Virus record (IMG/VR): IMGVR_UViG_3300025120_009952 | Span: 1,147-65,146 of that record | Strand: one strand, 5' to 3' | From: a virus | Taxonomy: Duplodnaviria > Caudoviricetes | DNA length: 64,000 bases | Shown: piece by piece, positions 61,585-64,000 of the stretch | Numbering within the stretch: the stretch's first letter is position 1 | Layout of the letters: each line of letters begins with the position of its first letter | Program-made: the position numbers and the translations under genes | Notes under the pieces: model-generated | The model's input: only the letters and a program-made list of their open reading frames with translations | Told to the model about the DNA's origin: nothing | Database searches by the model: none

Positions 61585-62406
61585 ATGCCAGTCAACTATC
61601 TCAACAATAAAGACATACTAAAGCAGATACACAAGAGCAAAAACTCGTATTGTTCATTTGTACGAGAAGGATATGACAAATATGATATCATTGTGCCTTC
61701 TTTAGACAAGATCAACATAAGGACAGTGGCTCAAGCAAAACGTAACAAGGCATCCAAGATGCAAAAAGAAGCATACGAAGCCGCTAAACTAATAAACAAA
61801 AAAGTAAAACAAGCAGAATTTGAAGTCAAATGGCAAAAAATTATCAAAACTGATTTAGTATTCCGTGTGATGACATATGATCACATACCACTAGAGCCTG
61901 GACGTAAAAGAAAACCAAAGACAGAAGCAGATCACAGAGTTAAGGTAAACTTTCCCCCGTTCCAACATTATAAATTTGACGCATCTGCAAAAATTAAATG
62001 CGTAGGCAAGTCGCATTGGGTAGGATCTATGAGCAACGGAAAATTTGTTGTGCCGTTAGAGCATCCAAAAGGTAAAATGACAACTGAATTGGCAAGGATG
62101 TTTTTAAAATTGTGCAAACGATATGCCACAAGAGCAAACTGGCGCGGATACACAGCAAATGACGAGATGCAATCACAGGCATTGCTACAACTAAGTCAAA
62201 TTGGTTTACAATTCGACGAGTCAAAGTCAGACAATCCATTTGCATATTACACAGCGGCAATAACCAACTCGTTCACAAGGATCTTAAACATTGAAAAGAA
62301 AAATCAAAACATCAGAGATGACTTGTTAGAACTTGCACAGATGAAACCATCGTCAACTAGACAAAATCAAGACTTAACCAACACACCATACACACCAAAA
62401 AAGTAG
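61585..62406 (+). CDS. late-transcription sigma factor, T4 gp55-like
   Basis: NYLNNKD; NWRGYT..DEM; FDESKSDNPFAYYT....NSF.RILN.EKK; sits next to gp47/gp46. Confidence 0.88.
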   Translation: MPVNYLNNKDILKQIHKSKNSYCSFVREGYDKYDIIVPSLDKINIRTVAQAKRNKASKMQKEAYEAAKLINKKVKQAEFEVKWQKIIKTDLVFRVMTYDHIPLEPGRKRKPKTEADHRVKVNFPPFQHYKFDASAKIKCVGKSHWVGSMSNGKFVVPLEHPKGKMTTELARMFLKLCKRYATRANWRGYTANDEMQSQALLQLSQIGLQFDESKSDNPFAYYTAAITNSFTRILNIEKKNQNIRDDLLELAQMKPSSTRQNQDLTNTPYTPKK

Positions 62407-62407
62407 A

Positions 62408-62437
62408 TTGACTTTTTGATTGGTTCTACCTTATACT
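62408..62437 (+). promoter_or_regulatory. sigma70-like promoter for gp47/gp46
   Basis: TTGACT 62408-62413, 18-nt spacer, TATACT 62432-62437; AAGGA before the TTG at 62459. Confidence 0.5.
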
Positions 62438-62458
62438 TGTATTAAGGAAAGCGACACA

Positions 62459-63475
62459 TTGACACAATTATTTAAAAAGGCGGCTTGTTTTACTGACATT
62501 CACTTCGGTAATAAAAGTAATTCAAAGCAGTTCAATCAAGATGCAAACAGATTTGTTGATTGGTTTATTGGCCAAGCCAAGGAACACGATTGCGAAACTT
62601 GTATATTTTTAGGTGATTGGCATCATCAACGTGCGGCCATCAATGTAGACACCCTTTCCTATTCATTGGACAACTTGGAAAAGTTGTCTAAGAATTTCGA
62701 CTCAACTTATTTCTTGCTAGGCAATCACGATTTGTACTATAAAGAAACTAGGGAAGTCAGTTCCATGGCGTTCGCAAGAAACATTGAACGTATAAAAATT
62801 ATATCACAACCGACAGTCATCAATAATGTCGCATTTATCCCCTGGCTGGTTGGCGAAGAATGGAAAACTATTCGCGATATGAATACCGACTATACGTTCG
62901 GGCACTTCGAACTGCCCAACTTTTTGATGAACGCCATGGTAAGAATGCCAGACACAGCAGAAATACAACGAGACGATTTTGCAAACCAAGGACAAGTTTT
63001 CACAGGACACTTTCACAAAAGACAAATTGCAGGCAACATACACTACTTAGGATCGCCTTTTGCTCACAACTATGCAGATGCTGATGACTTTGATCGTGGT
63101 ATGATGGTGCTAGAATATGGCAACGATCCCAAATACATCAACTGGACAGATGGGCCTACATATAAAGTAGTAAAATTTTCGGAACTAATCAACAACACAG
63201 ATGCTGTGCTTAAACCACAGATGCATGTGAGAGTCATGCTGGACGTCGAAGTAACATACGAAGAACTAAACTTTGTTAAGGAAGAATTTATAAAAAAATA
63301 TGATCTGCGTGAATTATCAATCATGCAAGATCCCAAGGCACTCACAGAAGATACCAACGAAGGTGTTGAGGTACAGTTTGAATCGGTTGATAACATTGTG
63401 TTGAACCAATTGGCAACCATCGAATCCGATTCATTTGACAAAGAACTATTAAGGAAACTATACCAGGATCTATGA
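62459..63475 (+). CDS. recombination endonuclease subunit gp47 (Mre11/SbcD-like)
   Basis: TDIHFG, LGDWHH, GNHD, GHFE, GHFH phosphoesterase motifs; TTG start with SD. Confidence 0.92.
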   Translation: MTQLFKKAACFTDIHFGNKSNSKQFNQDANRFVDWFIGQAKEHDCETCIFLGDWHHQRAAINVDTLSYSLDNLEKLSKNFDSTYFLLGNHDLYYKETREVSSMAFARNIERIKIISQPTVINNVAFIPWLVGEEWKTIRDMNTDYTFGHFELPNFLMNAMVRMPDTAEIQRDDFANQGQVFTGHFHKRQIAGNIHYLGSPFAHNYADADDFDRGMMVLEYGNDPKYINWTDGPTYKVVKFSELINNTDAVLKPQMHVRVMLDVEVTYEELNFVKEEFIKKYDLRELSIMQDPKALTEDTNEGVEVQFESVDNIVLNQLATIESDSFDKELLRKLYQDL

Positions 63476-64000
63476 TCAACGTAAAAGCAGTCACAGTAAA
63501 AAACTTCATGAGTGTGGGCAACCAGACTCAAGCAGTGCAATTTGACAAAAGTCAACTCACACTGGTGCTAGGACAAAACTTAGACCTAGGTGGTGATGAC
63601 GTTGGTGCGAGAAACGGTACAGGCAAAACAACCATCGTGAATGCACTGTCATATGCCATGTATGGTGAAGCACTGACTAAGATCAGGAAAGACAATCTCA
63701 TAAACAAAACCAACAACAAAAATATGTTGGTCACAGTCGAGTTTGAGAAAGATGGCACGCCATACAAAATTGAGCGTGGACGTAAACCAAACATCTTAAA
63801 ATATTATGTGAACGACGAAGAGCAAGAAATAACAGACGAAGCACAGGGAGATTCCAGACTCACACAGGAAGATATCACAAAGTTGGTAGGCATGTCTCCT
63901 ACTATGTTCAAACACATACTGGCACTGAACACATACACCGAACCATTCCTTGCAATGAAACCAAACGATCAACGTGAAGTAATCGAACAACTGCTTGGAA
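63472..64000 (+). CDS. recombination endonuclease subunit gp46 (Rad50/SbcC-like), 3'-truncated by the window
   Basis: Hand translation MINVKAVTVKNFMSVGN...ARNGTGKTT (Walker A); ATGA-coupled to gp47; absent from the ORF track. Confidence 0.92.
   Translation, partial: MINVKAVTVKNFMSVGNQTQAVQFDKSQLTLVLGQNLDLGGDDVGARNGTGKTTIVNALSYAMYGEALTKIRKDNLINKTNNKNMLVTVEFEKDGTPYKIERGRKPNILKYYVNDEEQEITDEAQGDSRLTQEDITKLVGMSPTMFKHILALNTYTEPFLAMKPNDQREVIEQLLG

Noticed and set aside
1-64000. Stop-codon reassignment, as in some large phages
   Set aside because: The standard code gives dense, full-length, coupled ORFs including a 14.4 kb one, and TAA, TAG and TGA all end genes.
1-64000. CRISPR array, tRNA genes, DGR/retron or group I intron
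   Set aside because: Intergenic gaps are about 110 nt or less; no spaced repeats, cloverleafs, reverse transcriptase or split genes were seen by eye. Covariance-model scans were not run.

Overview
This window is a 64 kb slice of a large, AT-rich, lytic T4-superfamily (myovirus-like) phage genome; no host-chromosome, tRNA/rRNA or CRISPR signal is visible. Plus strand, 1-9.5 kb: QueE C-terminus, T4 Rnh-like 5'-3' exonuclease, glutaredoxin, a MoxR AAA+/HExxH-VWA pair, SleB-type cell-wall hydrolase, an HNH-like nuclease and a phage-borne RNA polymerase omega (RpoZ)-like gene. 9.5-29.7 kb is a roughly 20 kb convergent modification locus. Its plus arm carries a repeat-built GT-like protein, two DegT aminotransferases, a Gfo/Idh/MocA dehydrogenase, a PIG-L deacetylase and an NAD epimerase. 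Its minus arm carries three GT-like proteins, five paralogous radical SAM enzymes with N-terminal twitch/SPASM-like Cys motifs, an unannotated 36-aa peptide, an SGNH protein and an O-carbamoyltransferase. The minus arm continues directly from the tail/baseplate module (29.7-61.5 kb: fibre paralogs, a 4803-aa giant virion protein, gp6, gp25, PAAR, gp5-like spike, hub, LysM/gp53-like and tube-initiator-like genes). gp55 late sigma factor, gp47 and the start of gp46 follow on the plus strand. The best candidate for an undescribed system is the radical-SAM array plus glycan-tailoring locus, possibly decorating the virion at recurrent D-S-T/D-G-S-T sites. Many genes also appear to be transcribed as leaderless or near-leaderless mRNAs from TAAATA/TATAAT elements. 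All family calls come from motifs recognised by eye, not from database searches.
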